A DNA stretch of 64,000 bases from Burkholderiales bacterium (GTDB lineage Bacteria > Pseudomonadota > Gammaproteobacteria > Burkholderiales > Ga0077523). The DNA lies in assembly GCA_019747905.1 (NCBI GenBank), contig JAIEQG010000014.1:15434-79433 (forward strand), given 5' to 3'. Numbering within the stretch: the first letter of the stretch is position 1; each line of letters starts with the position of its first letter. The translations under genes and the position numbers were made by a program. The notes below the pieces were generated by a model. The model worked only from the letters and a program-made list of their open reading frames with translations. It ran no database searches and had not been told where the DNA came from. Shown piece by piece: positions 28,415-38,313 of this stretch.

Positions 28415-29515
28415 TCAGGACTTTCTCCCGTAGCTGACCCGGTAGACGACCCCGGCGTAGTCGTCCGACACCAGCAGGCTGCCATCCGACATGACCAGCA
28501 GGTCCACCGGTCGCCCCCAGTGCCGCTCGTTCTCGAGCCAGCCTTCGATGAACGGCTCGACCTTCGCGACTTCGCTGCCCTTCAGTGTCGCCATCACGAC
28601 CCGATAGCCGCTCTTCTTCGAGCGGTTCCACGAGCCGTGCTGGGCGATGAAGATGCGGTTGCGATACTCCGGCGGGAACTGGTTGCCGGTGTAGAAGCGC
28701 AGTCCGTTCGGGGCGACGTGACCGCCGAGCTTTGCCATGGGCGGCACGAACTCGGCGCAGCTGCGCTTGGACCCGAACTCGGGATCGGGCGTGTCGCCCT
28801 GATGGCAGTACGGAAAGCCGAAATGCTGGCCCGCCTTGCTGGCGCGATTCAATTCGCAGGAGGGCAGGTCGTCGCCCATCATGTCGCGGCCGTGGTCGTT
28901 GAACCACAACTCCTTCGTTTCCGGGTGCCAGTCGAAGCCCACGGTGTTGCGGATGCCGCGCGCATAGACCTCGTAGCCGCTGCCGTCGGGCCGGATGCGC
29001 GAGAGCAGCGAATAGCGCTCGGGGTCCGCCTCGCACACGTTGCAGGGTGCGCCCACCGGTACGTAGAGCCACCCGTCCGGGCCGAAGGCGATGAACTTCC
29101 AGCCGTGGTGGCCGTCGCGCGGATAGCTGTCGGTGACCACCACCGGCTTGGGCGGGTTCGCGAGGCGCGTCTCGATGCCGTCGTAGCGCAGGATGCGGTT
29201 GATCTCGGCCACATACAGGGCGCCTTCGCGGAACGCGACGCCGTTGGGCGCGTTCAGCCCTTCGGCGATCGTGACGGCCTCGGCGGTGCGCCCGCCCGGC
29301 CGCGGCGCGAGCGCGTAGACCTTGCCGGATCGCTGGGTCCCGACGAACACGGTACCGTTGGCGCCGAGAGTGAGCGAGCGGGCGCCGGGAACCGGGGCGT
29401 ACACCTCGATACTGAACCCGGGCGGAAGCCGCAACTTTTCGAGCGGCAGGTCGGCCGCGCCGGCCGGAGCGGCGAGGGCCAGGGCTAGGGCCAACAGAAG
29501 ATGGGGGCGGGTCAC
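28415..29515 (-). CDS. PQQ-dependent sugar (sorbosone/aldose) dehydrogenase, periplasmic beta-propeller
   Basis: GTG at 29515 is preceded by AAGGAG and followed by a signal peptide (LLLALALALAAPAGA). Propeller-type motifs include GLNAPNGVAF, GPDGWLYVPVG, NDHGRD and VSDDYAGVVYRV. The ORF-track start at 29692 is an upstream extension overlapping htpG. Confidence 0.7.
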   Translation of the reverse strand: MTRPHLLLALALALAAPAGAADLPLEKLRLPPGFSIEVYAPVPGARSLTLGANGTVFVGTQRSGKVYALAPRPGGRTAEAVTIAEGLNAPNGVAFREGALYVAEINRILRYDGIETRLANPPKPVVVTDSYPRDGHHGWKFIAFGPDGWLYVPVGAPCNVCEADPERYSLLSRIRPDGSGYEVYARGIRNTVGFDWHPETKELWFNDHGRDMMGDDLPSCELNRASKAGQHFGFPYCHQGDTPDPEFGSKRSCAEFVPPMAKLGGHVAPNGLRFYTGNQFPPEYRNRIFIAQHGSWNRSKKSGYRVVMATLKGSEVAKVEPFIEGWLENERHWGRPVDLLVMSDGSLLVSDDYAGVVYRVSYGRKS

Positions 29516-29645
29516 GGGTGGCTCCTTGCGCGGCAGTTGGCTAGCAGACCGCAGGTGACTGCGGCAAGTTCCGGGGGTTGAAAGCGCCGGCATTCGCCGC
29601 CATGTTAGCGGCCGTCCGAACAACGATGGTTTGAGGGAGCGCCCC

Positions 29646-31556
29646 ATGAGTACCGATACCCGCGAAACGCTGGGCTTCCAGGCCGAGGTCAAGCAGCTGC
29701 TGGACCTTATGATCCACTCGCTCTACAGCAACAAGGAGATCTGCCTGCGCGAGCTGGTCTCCAACGCCTCCGACGCGGCGGACAAGCTGCGGTTCGAGGC
29801 GCTCTCCGACCCGGCCCTGTTCGAGAGCGACTCGGAACTCAAGATCCGGGTGAGCTTCGACAAGGAGGCCCGGACCATCACCGTGTCGGACAACGGCGTG
29901 GGAATGTCGCGGGAGGAGGTGATCCGCAACATCGGCACCATCGCCAAGTCGGGCACGCGCGAGTTCTTCCAGTCGCTGACGGGCGACCAGGCCAAGGACG
30001 CGCACCTGATCGGGCAGTTCGGCGTCGGCTTCTACTCGGCGTTCATCGTCGCCGACAAGGTCACGCTGATCACGCGACGGGCCGGCCTGGGTCACGAACA
30101 CGGTGTGCGCTGGGAATCCGGTGGGGCGGGCGATTACACAATCGAGACCGTGACCAAGGAAGGCCGCGGCACCGACGTCACCCTGCATCTGCGCGAAGGC
30201 GAAGACGAGTTCCTGTCGGGCTGGAAACTGCGCGAGATCCTGCGCCGCTATTCCGACCACATCACGCTGCCCATCCTCATGAAGAAGGAGGAGTGGGACA
30301 AGGACAAGGGCGAGAACGTCCTCACCGACGAGGACGAGAAGGTGAACCAGGCCTCGGCCCTTTGGGCCCGGCCAAAGTCCGAGATCACCAAGGAACAATA
30401 CGAAGAGTTCTACAAGCACGTCGGGCACGATTTCGAAGCGCCGCTCGCGTGGATCCATTCGAAGGTGGAAGGGCGGCAGGAATACACGCAGCTCCTGTAC
30501 ATCCCGGGCCGTGCGCCCTTCGACCTGTGGGATCGCGAGCACCGCCACGGCATCAAGCTCTACGTGAAGCGCGTCTTCATCATGGATGACGCCGATCAGC
30601 TCCTGCCCGCCTACCTGCGCTTCGTGCGCGGCGTGATCGATTCGAACGACCTGCCGCTCAACGTGTCGCGCGAGATCCTGCAGCGCTCGAAGGACGTCGA
30701 GGCGATCCGCAACGGTTCGGTGAAGAAGGTGCTGGGCCTGATCGAAGATCTCGCCGAGAACGACAAGGACAAGTTCACGACGTTCTGGAAGAATTTCGGT
30801 CGCGTGCTGAAGGAAGGTGTGGGTGAGGACTTCGCCAACCGCGAGCGCATCGCGAAGCTGTTGCGCTTCGCTTCCACGCATACCGACAGCGAGGATCAGA
30901 CAGTCTCCCTGGCGGACTACGTCGGCCGCATGAAGGAGGGCCAGGACAAGATCTGGTTCGTCACCGCCGATGCGTTTGCGGCGGCGAAGAACTCGCCGCA
31001 CCTAGAGATCTTCCGCAAGAAAGGTGTGGAAGTGCTGCTGCTGTCTGATCGGGTCGACGAATGGGTGGTGTCGAACCTGACCGAGTTCGAGGGCAAGCCG
31101 CTCGCATCGGTCGCCAAGGGTGACCTCGACCTCGGCAAGCTCGAGGACGAGCAGGAAAAGGAAGAACAGAAGAAGGACGCCGAGTCCTTCAAGGACCTCA
31201 CCGACCGCATCGCCAAGACGCTCGGCGAGCAGTTGAAGGAAGTGCGGGTCACGCACCGCCTCACGGATTCGCCAGCCTGTCTGGTGGCCGATGCACACGC
31301 CATGGGGATGAACCTCGAGCGGCTGCTGAAGGCGGCGGGGCAGAGCATTCCGGGTTCCAAGCCGATCCTGGAGATCAATCCGCAGCACCCGCTGGTGCAG
31401 CGTCTCAAGTACGAGACCGAAGGCTCGCGCTTCGAGGACTGGAGTCGCGTGCTGTTCGATCAGGCGCTGCTCGCGGAGGGTGGCCAGCTCGAAGATCCGG
31501 CGACGTTCGTGAAGCGGCTCAACGGACTGATGCTCGACATGGCGGGGCGCAGCTAG
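29646..31556 (+). CDS. htpG: Molecular chaperone HtpG (Hsp90)
   Basis: GHKL ATPase N-terminus [54 protein letters not shown]. Length ~636 aa. Confidence 0.95.
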   Translation: MSTDTRETLGFQAEVKQLLDLMIHSLYSNKEICLRELVSNASDAADKLRFEALSDPALFESDSELKIRVSFDKEARTITVSDNGVGMSREEVIRNIGTIAKSGTREFFQSLTGDQAKDAHLIGQFGVGFYSAFIVADKVTLITRRAGLGHEHGVRWESGGAGDYTIETVTKEGRGTDVTLHLREGEDEFLSGWKLREILRRYSDHITLPILMKKEEWDKDKGENVLTDEDEKVNQASALWARPKSEITKEQYEEFYKHVGHDFEAPLAWIHSKVEGRQEYTQLLYIPGRAPFDLWDREHRHGIKLYVKRVFIMDDADQLLPAYLRFVRGVIDSNDLPLNVSREILQRSKDVEAIRNGSVKKVLGLIEDLAENDKDKFTTFWKNFGRVLKEGVGEDFANRERIAKLLRFASTHTDSEDQTVSLADYVGRMKEGQDKIWFVTADAFAAAKNSPHLEIFRKKGVEVLLLSDRVDEWVVSNLTEFEGKPLASVAKGDLDLGKLEDEQEKEEQKKDAESFKDLTDRIAKTLGEQLKEVRVTHRLTDSPACLVADAHAMGMNLERLLKAAGQSIPGSKPILEINPQHPLVQRLKYETEGSRFEDWSRVLFDQALLAEGGQLEDPATFVKRLNGLMLDMAGRS

Positions 31557-31690
31557 CCCCCACCCTAACCCTCCCCCGGCGAAGCCGGCGCTGCGCTGCC
31601 CCCACCCTAACCCTCCCCCGGCAAAGCCGGGGGAGGGGACGTACACCCCTTCCCCCAACTATGTTGGGGGAAGGTTGGGATGGGGGCAGC
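31556..31690. repeat. Structured G/C-tract repeat element (family B), copy 1, with a 33-bp tandem partial duplication. Also the likely htpG terminator region.
   Basis: 33-bp direct repeat at 31556-31588 and 31598-31630 (one mismatch). Hairpins ccctcccccggc-aaa-gccgggggaggg (31611-31637) and ccttcccccaac-tat-gttgggggaagg (31648-31674) are enclosed by gctgcccccaccctaacc / ggttgggatgggggcagc. Confidence 0.75.
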
Positions 31691-31767
31691 ACCGTCGCGC
31701 ACTGGAACCCTTTGCCTTCCCGCCGACTCTGTGACAGGTTGACGACTTCGACCTGCACGGAATCGCC

Positions 31768-33420
31768 ATGTCCACCTCGGAAGCCACCGGCCTGAATCGC
31801 CTGCACCTCTGGCGCTGGATCGACCGCAACATCCTCGATCTCGGCCGCCAGATGCGGCTCTCCTACCTGCCGCCGATCATGGTGTACATGGCGGCCGGCG
31901 TGTCGGGACTGACCGGCATCGTGGGTACCTTCTTCGTGAAGGAGTACCTGGGCCTGTCGGCTGCGTTCCTGGCGGCGCTGGGCTTCTGGGCCGGCCTGCC
32001 CTGGGCGATCAAGATGCCGCTCGGGCATCTGGTGGATCTCATGTGGAAGTGGAAGAGCGTGCTCGTCTATCTCGGCGCGAGCCTGATCGCCGTGGCACTG
32101 CTCATCATGTTCGCGCTCATCGCCGATCGCGCTGCGATGGCGGCGGTGATGCCGGTGGAATCGTGGTTCGTGCTCGCGGCACTGCTCTCCCCGATCGGCT
32201 ACGTGCTGCAGGACGTGGTGGCCGATGCCATGACCGTCGAGGCGGTGCCGCGGGTGGACGAACACGGCCATCCTGTCCCGGACGCAGAGCGCCGCGCCGG
32301 GCACGTGACGATGCAGACCCTGGGCCGCGTCGCGATCATCGGCGGCGGCGTGCTGGTGTCGGTGATCAACATCGTGCTGTTCGCCGACGTGGAGACCATG
32401 GACGCCCCGGCCAAGGCGGCGATCTACGGCAAGGTCTATCTGATCGCGCTCGTCATCCCCGCGATCTCCGTGCTCGGCGTGATCCTGGCGGGCCACCTGC
32501 ATCGCCGCGAGTGCAAACGCCTCGCCCGCACCGGCCTTACCGCGGCCGAGGTCGACCACCAGATGTTCTCGCACATCGACAAGCCGGCGGTGAACTGGTG
32601 GATCCTGGGCGGCAGCCTGGTGTTCGTCGTGTTCACGATGACGATCGGGCTCTCGAACGTGCCGTACGCCCAGGAGATCGTATTCGCGGGGTCGATGGCG
32701 ATCGTCATCTTCCTCATGCTGAAGCTGGTGCGCGAGCTCGAACCCGAACAGCGCAACGTGCTGATCGGTACGGCACTGCTCGTGTTCGTGTTTCGCGCCA
32801 TGCCGGGACCGGGCGCGGGAGCCACCTGGTGGATGATCGACGAGCTCAAGTTCGACCAGCAGTTCCTGGCCAAACTCGGCTTGCTCGGTTCGACTCTCAC
32901 GTTGTTCGGCATGTTCCTGTTCCGGCGGTTCATGGCCGACCATTCCATGGCCTACGTGCTGGGGTTCCTGACGATCGCCGCCACGATCCTCGCGTTGCCG
33001 ACGCTCGCCATGTACCACGGTTTCCATCACTGGACCGTCGCGCATACCGGCGGTGTCGTGGATGCACGCTTCATCGCCCTGATCGATACGGCGCTGGAAT
33101 CGCCGCTCGGGCAGATCGCCATGATCCCCATGCTCGCGTGGATCGCCAACTCGGAGCCGGATCGACTGAAGGCGACCTACTTCGCGGTGATGGCTTCGTT
33201 CACCAACCTCGCGCTGTCGCTTTCGCAACTGGGCACCAAGTACCTCAACCAGATCTGGATGGTGGCCCGCGAAGTGCGCGATCCGGAGAGCGCCGTGGTG
33301 AAGGTGCCGGCCGACTACAGCCAGCTCGGCGAGCTGTTCGTGGCCTCGATCATCCTCAACTTCGCGCTGCCGATGCTGGCGATCCTGTTCGTGCGGACGA
33401 CCCGGTTCCGCAGTGCTTGA
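31768..33420 (+). CDS. Polytopic membrane transporter, BT1 (folate-biopterin transporter)-like MFS
   Basis: 550 aa with about 12 hydrophobic segments. The N-terminal pattern LSYLPPIMVYMAAG ... FFVKEYLGLSAA ... LPWAIKMPLGHLVD resembles BT1-family signatures. The family call is from memory only. Confidence 0.5.
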   Translation: MSTSEATGLNRLHLWRWIDRNILDLGRQMRLSYLPPIMVYMAAGVSGLTGIVGTFFVKEYLGLSAAFLAALGFWAGLPWAIKMPLGHLVDLMWKWKSVLVYLGASLIAVALLIMFALIADRAAMAAVMPVESWFVLAALLSPIGYVLQDVVADAMTVEAVPRVDEHGHPVPDAERRAGHVTMQTLGRVAIIGGGVLVSVINIVLFADVETMDAPAKAAIYGKVYLIALVIPAISVLGVILAGHLHRRECKRLARTGLTAAEVDHQMFSHIDKPAVNWWILGGSLVFVVFTMTIGLSNVPYAQEIVFAGSMAIVIFLMLKLVRELEPEQRNVLIGTALLVFVFRAMPGPGAGATWWMIDELKFDQQFLAKLGLLGSTLTLFGMFLFRRFMADHSMAYVLGFLTIAATILALPTLAMYHGFHHWTVAHTGGVVDARFIALIDTALESPLGQIAMIPMLAWIANSEPDRLKATYFAVMASFTNLALSLSQLGTKYLNQIWMVAREVRDPESAVVKVPADYSQLGELFVASIILNFALPMLAILFVRTTRFRSA

Positions 33421-33439
33421 AGCAGTGGAAAGGCAAACG

Positions 33440-33547
33440 CTTTCAACACGAAGGACGCGAAGGACACGAAGGAAACACAGGGTGATCTAGCCCATGCCTT
33501 TTGTCCTTCGTGTACCTTCGTGCTCTTCGTGTCCTTCGTGTTTCAAG
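33440..33547. repeat. Long imperfect palindrome built from short cacgaagg units (repeat family A variant)
   Basis: Left arm ctttcaacacgaaggacgcgaaggacacgaaggaaacac. Right arm gtccttcgtgtaccttcgtgctcttcgtgtccttcgtgtttcaag. Lies between the transporter stop and the PaiB start. Confidence 0.6.
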
Positions 33548-33569
33548 ATTTTCAGGTTCTCGAGCGCCC

Positions 33570-34208
33570 ATGTACGCCCCGACCCATTTCCGCCAGCACG
33601 ACCCCGCCGAGCTCCGTGCCCTGATCGAAGCCGCGCCGCTCGCCGCCCTCGTCTCCTTCGGTAACGGCCAGCTCCAGGTGAGTCACGTTCCCCTGCTGTT
33701 CGATCCGTCGCACGGCCCGAACGGCACGCTCATCGGCCATTTCGCCGCCGCCAACCCGCAGGCGCAACACTACGATCCGGCCGTGGAGGCGATCGCCATC
33801 TTCAACGGCCCCGACGCCTACGTGTCACCGAACTGGTACCAGACCAAGCGCGAGACCGCCAAGGTGGTTCCGACCTGGAACTACGTCGCGGTCTACGCGT
33901 TCGGCGCGATGGAGTTCGTCGACGACGCGGCCGGCAAGCGAGAGATCGTGGCGCGGCTCACCGATCGCAACGAGTCGAAGCAAGCGAAGCCCTGGTCGGT
34001 GAACGACGCACCGGAGGATTTCGTGCAGGCGCAGTTGCGTGCGATCCGGCCTTTCCGGTTTCGTATCGCCCGGCTCGAAGGCAAGTGGAAACTCTCGCAG
34101 AACCGCACGGCGCAGGATCGCGACGGCGTCATCGCCGCGCTGGGCGGCGACGCGAGCGCCAAGACTCAGGATGCGGCTGCTCGCATGCGGCGGCTGTACA
34201 AGGGCTGA
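33570..34208 (+). CDS. FMN-binding negative transcriptional regulator, PaiB family
   Basis: MYAPTHFRQHDPAELRALI ... start typical of PaiB-like proteins, with a C-terminal KWKLSQNR motif. The ATG at 33570 lies within ORF 33501..34208. Confidence 0.7.
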   Translation: MYAPTHFRQHDPAELRALIEAAPLAALVSFGNGQLQVSHVPLLFDPSHGPNGTLIGHFAAANPQAQHYDPAVEAIAIFNGPDAYVSPNWYQTKRETAKVVPTWNYVAVYAFGAMEFVDDAAGKREIVARLTDRNESKQAKPWSVNDAPEDFVQAQLRAIRPFRFRIARLEGKWKLSQNRTAQDRDGVIAALGGDASAKTQDAAARMRRLYKG

Positions 34209-34211
34209 GGT

Positions 34212-34781
34212 TCAAGGCGCTGCGGTCAGCAATCCCTGAACGTCGAACTGCTCTCCGGAGCGCTTCAGCACCAGTACGTCTCCCGCCGATACCGTGCGGT
34301 CGGTGAGATCCGAAATGGCGAGCTTGTCGGTCACCACCACCAGGTTACCGGCCTGCGGCGTGCCGTTGACCAGCGCATTCACGCTGCGGGAGAGGCGCGT
34401 GTGCCGGTCCACGGCCGGGTCGAGGTTGGTCCACGGTTCCACCCTGCCGAAGGCGATCCGGGCCGTCTCCACGCTCGGGCAGCCCGGGCTGGAGACGACG
34501 CGCGCGACCGGCACCCCGTGCTCACGGAACACGACGCCCAGCCTGCGGGCGAGGGTCTGGCCGGCATCGCTCAGGTCGCGTTCGTGCACGCAGCCACCGC
34601 GGCTCGAAGGCGTGGGCGCTTTCGTCAGCGGCGTGGCGGCGTGACGGATCAGCAGGACGTAACCGCCTTCCCTCAGTTGCGCCCAGAGCGCGTCGTCGGC
34701 GCCCCATGCACCGTGCGCAGTCAGAAAACCGGTGCAGAGCATCACGATGGTGCGTGCGATGGGGCGCAAGGACGGCGGCAT
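34212..34781 (-). CDS. Histidine phosphatase family protein (SixA/PGM-like), secreted
   Basis: Signal-like N-terminus, RH-type motif YVLLIRHAAT, ERDLSDAGQ, VVSSPGCPSVETA. Confidence 0.6.
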   Translation of the reverse strand: MPPSLRPIARTIVMLCTGFLTAHGAWGADDALWAQLREGGYVLLIRHAATPLTKAPTPSSRGGCVHERDLSDAGQTLARRLGVVFREHGVPVARVVSSPGCPSVETARIAFGRVEPWTNLDPAVDRHTRLSRSVNALVNGTPQAGNLVVVTDKLAISDLTDRTVSAGDVLVLKRSGEQFDVQGLLTAAP

Positions 34782-34906
34782 GTTCGGTTTCTCCCTCGGA
34801 GAACCGAGGTCCGCGGCACATCCGCGGGATCGGTGCCGCTACGTTCTGCAGAAAACGGGCCAACGCGACGACATGGGCCGGCGCGCACGCCGCAACCTCC
34901 TGCCCG

Positions 34907-35104
34907 TCAGTGCGTGACGAAGTAGACCAGCGTTGCCAGGCTTGCGATCAGCAGCACCGCGCCGATCACGCCGCCGATCAACACTTGCGGCAGCGTGAGG
35001 CGCGCGATGTCCGCGTCGTGGTCCTTGCCCTTGCGGATGCCGAAGAAGCTCCAGAACACCGCCTTCGCGATGCCGAAGGGCGAGCTCCTTCGCGCCTCGG
35101 TCAT
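34907..35104 (-). CDS. Small membrane protein (DUF2970-like)
   Basis: 65-aa product MTEARRSSPFGIAKAVFWSFFGIRKGKDHDADIARL ... with one C-terminal TM segment. Its ATG overlaps the stop of the enoyl-CoA hydratase (ATGA at 35101-35104). It is the terminal part of the composite ORF 34907..36223. Confidence 0.55.
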   Translation of the reverse strand: MTEARRSSPFGIAKAVFWSFFGIRKGKDHDADIARLTLPQVLIGGVIGAVLLIASLATLVYFVTH

Positions 35105-35913
35105 CTGCCTTTCCAGTGCGGCGGCCGTTTCGCGATGAAGGCGTCGATGCCCTCCGCGGCATCCTCGGCCATCATGTTGCACGCCATGGTTTCGGCGGCG
35201 AGCTTGTAGGCGTCCTCGACACCCATCTCGATCTGGCGGTAGAAGAGCTGCTTGCCCATGGAGATGGCGAGCGGGCTCTTGGCGATGATGGATTGCGCGA
35301 GGTTCCTCACTTCGGCGTCGAGCATGTCGAGCGGCACCACGCGGTTCACCAGCCCGAAGTCCTGCGCGGTCGCGGCGTCGATGAAGTCGCCGGTCACGAG
35401 CATCTCCATCGCGCGCTTGCGCGACACGTTGCGCGACAGTGACACCGAGGGGGTCGAGCAGAACAGCCCGACGTTGATGCCCGAGACGGCGAACTTCGCG
35501 TTGTCCGACACGACGGCGAGATCGCATGCGCCCACGAGCTGACATCCGGCAGCGGTGGCGATGCCGTGCACGCGCGCGATCACCGGCTGCGGAATGCGCG
35601 CGAGGGTCAGCATGAACTTGCTGCACTGGGCGAAGAGCTCGTCCTGGAAGCGCCTCTCGGGATGGGCGCGCATTTCCTTGAGATCGTGACCCGCGCAGAA
35701 GGCGGGGCCGTTGCCGGCGATGACGACGACGCGGATCGATGCATCCTCGCCGATCGATTCGAGGGCAGTCTGCAACGCATCGAGCATCGCACCCGACAGC
35801 GCGTTGTACTGCTTGGGCCGGTTGAGCGTCAGCGTCGCGATCCCGTCGGCAACGGTGGTGAGCAGGATCGGTTCCGCGGTGGCGGTCGGCGGGGTGGCGG
35901 TGGCCGTGGTCAT
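35101..35913 (-). CDS. Enoyl-CoA hydratase/isomerase family protein
   Basis: Crotonase fold: LTLNRPKQYNALS, VVVIAGNGPAFCAGHDLKEM, PVIARVHGIATAAGCQLV. Confidence 0.85.
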   Translation of the reverse strand: MTTATATPPTATAEPILLTTVADGIATLTLNRPKQYNALSGAMLDALQTALESIGEDASIRVVVIAGNGPAFCAGHDLKEMRAHPERRFQDELFAQCSKFMLTLARIPQPVIARVHGIATAAGCQLVGACDLAVVSDNAKFAVSGINVGLFCSTPSVSLSRNVSRKRAMEMLVTGDFIDAATAQDFGLVNRVVPLDMLDAEVRNLAQSIIAKSPLAISMGKQLFYRQIEMGVEDAYKLAAETMACNMMAEDAAEGIDAFIAKRPPHWKGR

Positions 35914-36032
35914 GGGGCAACTCCGTGTTGTGGCCGGAAACTCCGTGGACGCTGATTATAGGCCGCCGCGATAGGTGGCTGCACGAGCGCTCCGGTACCA
36001 TCCGTTCCGGGGAATGGGGGAGGGGGTGGAAC

Positions 36033-38306
36033 GTGAAAGAGCTGCGGTGTGCCCTGCGCCTGGCGTGCCTCGCGCTGCTGTGGTTCGGTGCTTCGGTCGA
36101 GGCGCTCGCCCAGACCGCTGCGGAACCGCCACGCCGGCCGCGCATCGGATTGGTACTCTCGGGTGGCGGTGCACTCGGCCTTGCGCACGTGGGCGTGCTC
36201 AAGGTGCTGGAGGAGAACCGCATTCCGGTGGACTACGTCACCGGCACCAGCATGGGGTCCATCGTCGGCGCGTCCTATGCCTCGGGCATGTCGCCGCAGG
36301 AGATGGAGCGCAAGGTCAAGGAAACCGACTGGGCCAAGGTGTTCGCGGATGCGCCGCCCCGGCAGGACCGGACGACGCGCCGCAAGGCGCTCGACCTGGT
36401 CGGACTCTGGGGGCTCGAGATCGGGTTCAGCAAGGGCAAGCTGTTCCTGCCCAAGGGCGCCATCGAAGGCCAGACGTTGAAGGGGGTGCTGCGTACCTTC
36501 GTGATCGAGGCGCCGGGCAAGGATTTCTCGAAGCTGCCGATCCCCTTCCGCTGCGTCGCCACCGACCTCGTCACCGGGCAGCCGGTGGTCCTCGCCAGCG
36601 GTGACCTGGATGCCGCGATTCGCGCGAGCATGTCGGTGCCGGGGGTCATTTCGCCCCAACAGATCGGCGATCACCTCCTGCTGGACGGCGGCCTGGTGCG
36701 CAACCTGCCGGTAGACGTCGCCCGCGACATGGGGGCCGAGATCATCATCGCGGTCAACCTCGGCACGCCGCTGCTCAAGAAAGAGGACCTGGGCGACGTG
36801 CTGGGCGTGTCGATGCAGATGATCAACATCCTCACGCAACAGAACGTGGACCGGTCGCTGGCGGAGTTGAAGCCCGACGACATCCTGATCACGCCGGATC
36901 TCAAGGGCTTCACCGCGTCGAGCTTCGAGCGGGGTGCCGACATCATTCCCAAGGGCGAGGCCGCCGCGCGCCAGGTGCTGGAGCGGCTGAAGCGCTACAG
37001 CCTCACTCCCGAGCAGTACGAGGCCCACCGTCTCGCCCAGACCGGGCGCCTGCAGCGTGCCCGGCCTGCCGACGACATCGTGGTGCGCACCGAAGGCCTG
37101 AAGTTCGTCAATCCGGCGACGGTGGAGGCGGCTCTGATGGACCGCGGGGTCAAGCTGCACCTGCCGGGCGACGAGGGCCGGTTCCGGCTGCTCGAACGGC
37201 GCGAAGGCATACCCGACGAGGCAGAAGTCGAGCGCAAGGTGGCGCGGCTCTACGGCAGCGGCGACTTCGACAATATCGCCTACCGTTACGTCGACGCGGA
37301 CGGCAAGCGCGTGCTGGAGGTGGAACCGACCGAACGCGCGCGCGGACCCGACTACTTCCGCTTCGGCTTGAAGCTGCAGAGCGACTTCAAGGGCGAGGGC
37401 AGCTTCAACCTGCTCGCCTTCTACAACAAGACCTGGATCAACCGGCTGGGTGCGGAGTGGCGCACTCTTGGCCAGGTGGGCCGCGACCCCGGCATCATGA
37501 CCGAGTTCTACCAGCCGCTCGATCTCGCCGGGCGCTTCTTCGTGGCGCCCAACGCCTTCGCGAACGAGCGCCTGCTCGACGTCTTCCTCGACGGCAGCCG
37601 CATCGCGCAATACCAGTTGCGGCAGGCCGGCGTCGGTCTCGACGTTGGCACCGTGCTCGACAAGTGGGGCGAACTGCGGTTCGGCTACGTGCGCGGCAGC
37701 GGCAGCGGCCAGCCGAGCATCGGGCTGCCCGGTTTTCCCACCTTCGACTACGACATCGGCGCGTTGCGCACGCGGCTCATCTACGACCAGCTCGACAGCG
37801 TCAACTTTCCCACCGCCGGCAGTCTGATCACCGGCGACTGGTGGATCTCCCGGCGTAGCCTGGGTTCCAGCGACGACTATGCGCGCGTGGGACTGAGCGC
37901 CACCAAAGTGCTCTCCCACAAGGCGCACACGCTGTCGCTCGGCGCGCGCGGCGCCACGACCTACCAGGGCAGTTCTCCGGTCAACGACTCGCTCTCGCTC
38001 GGTGGTTTCCTCAACCTCTCGGGCTATCGCACCGGTCAGTTCCTCGGCGAGGACATCGCATTGCTGCGAGCGGTGTACTACTACCGCTTGTATCGCGTGC
38101 CGCCGGTGGCCGACGGCATCTTCATCGGCGGCTCGCTCGAGGCCGGCAACGCCTACAAGCGGTTCGATCGCACCGACGGGCGCGGATTCCTGTACTCGGC
38201 ATCGGTGTTCCTGGGGGCGGATACCTTCATCGGCCCGCTCTACCTCGCCTACGGCCAGGCCTTCTCCGGCGACAACGCGTTCTATCTCTTCATGGGACGG
38301 CCGTGA
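36033..38306 (+). CDS. Patatin-like phospholipase fused to a C-terminal Omp85/BamA-like domain (PlpD-type)
   Basis: GTG at 36033 followed by a signal peptide. Patatin motifs are LVLSGGGALGLAH, GTSMGS (GXSXG) and LLDGG. The ~450-aa C-terminal region is rich in beta-strand and aromatic residues. Confidence 0.7.
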   Translation: MKELRCALRLACLALLWFGASVEALAQTAAEPPRRPRIGLVLSGGGALGLAHVGVLKVLEENRIPVDYVTGTSMGSIVGASYASGMSPQEMERKVKETDWAKVFADAPPRQDRTTRRKALDLVGLWGLEIGFSKGKLFLPKGAIEGQTLKGVLRTFVIEAPGKDFSKLPIPFRCVATDLVTGQPVVLASGDLDAAIRASMSVPGVISPQQIGDHLLLDGGLVRNLPVDVARDMGAEIIIAVNLGTPLLKKEDLGDVLGVSMQMINILTQQNVDRSLAELKPDDILITPDLKGFTASSFERGADIIPKGEAAARQVLERLKRYSLTPEQYEAHRLAQTGRLQRARPADDIVVRTEGLKFVNPATVEAALMDRGVKLHLPGDEGRFRLLERREGIPDEAEVERKVARLYGSGDFDNIAYRYVDADGKRVLEVEPTERARGPDYFRFGLKLQSDFKGEGSFNLLAFYNKTWINRLGAEWRTLGQVGRDPGIMTEFYQPLDLAGRFFVAPNAFANERLLDVFLDGSRIAQYQLRQAGVGLDVGTVLDKWGELRFGYVRGSGSGQPSIGLPGFPTFDYDIGALRTRLIYDQLDSVNFPTAGSLITGDWWISRRSLGSSDDYARVGLSATKVLSHKAHTLSLGARGATTYQGSSPVNDSLSLGGFLNLSGYRTGQFLGEDIALLRAVYYYRLYRVPPVADGIFIGGSLEAGNAYKRFDRTDGRGFLYSASVFLGADTFIGPLYLAYGQAFSGDNAFYLFMGRP

Positions 38307-38313
38307 TCGGCCG

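Noticed and set aside
29541-31001. 486-aa ORF antisense to htpG. Analogous antisense ORFs are 31519..33228, 35910..37928, 47518..49617, 52551..53351, 53431..55860, 58659..59864 and 60888..62162.
   Set aside because: The sense strands carry strongly recognisable genes. The antisense products are Arg/His/Asp/Gly-rich without motifs, as expected for GC-rich third-position bias.
31556-31690. Possible CRISPR array or other spacer-repeat structure at the G/C-tract repeats. The same question applies to 49464-49592 and 53343-53480.
   Set aside because: There are only two repeat units per locus, with no unique spacers of regular length and no cas genes in the window. The units are self-complementary hairpin modules typical of REP-like elements.
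34907-36223. 438-aa minus-strand ORF covering the DUF2970-like gene, the enoyl-CoA hydratase (in another frame) and the upstream region.
   Set aside because: It is a composite artefact. Only its last 65 codons look real. The hydratase in frame 35101..35913 has clear crotonase motifs, while the rest of the long ORF is Arg-rich.
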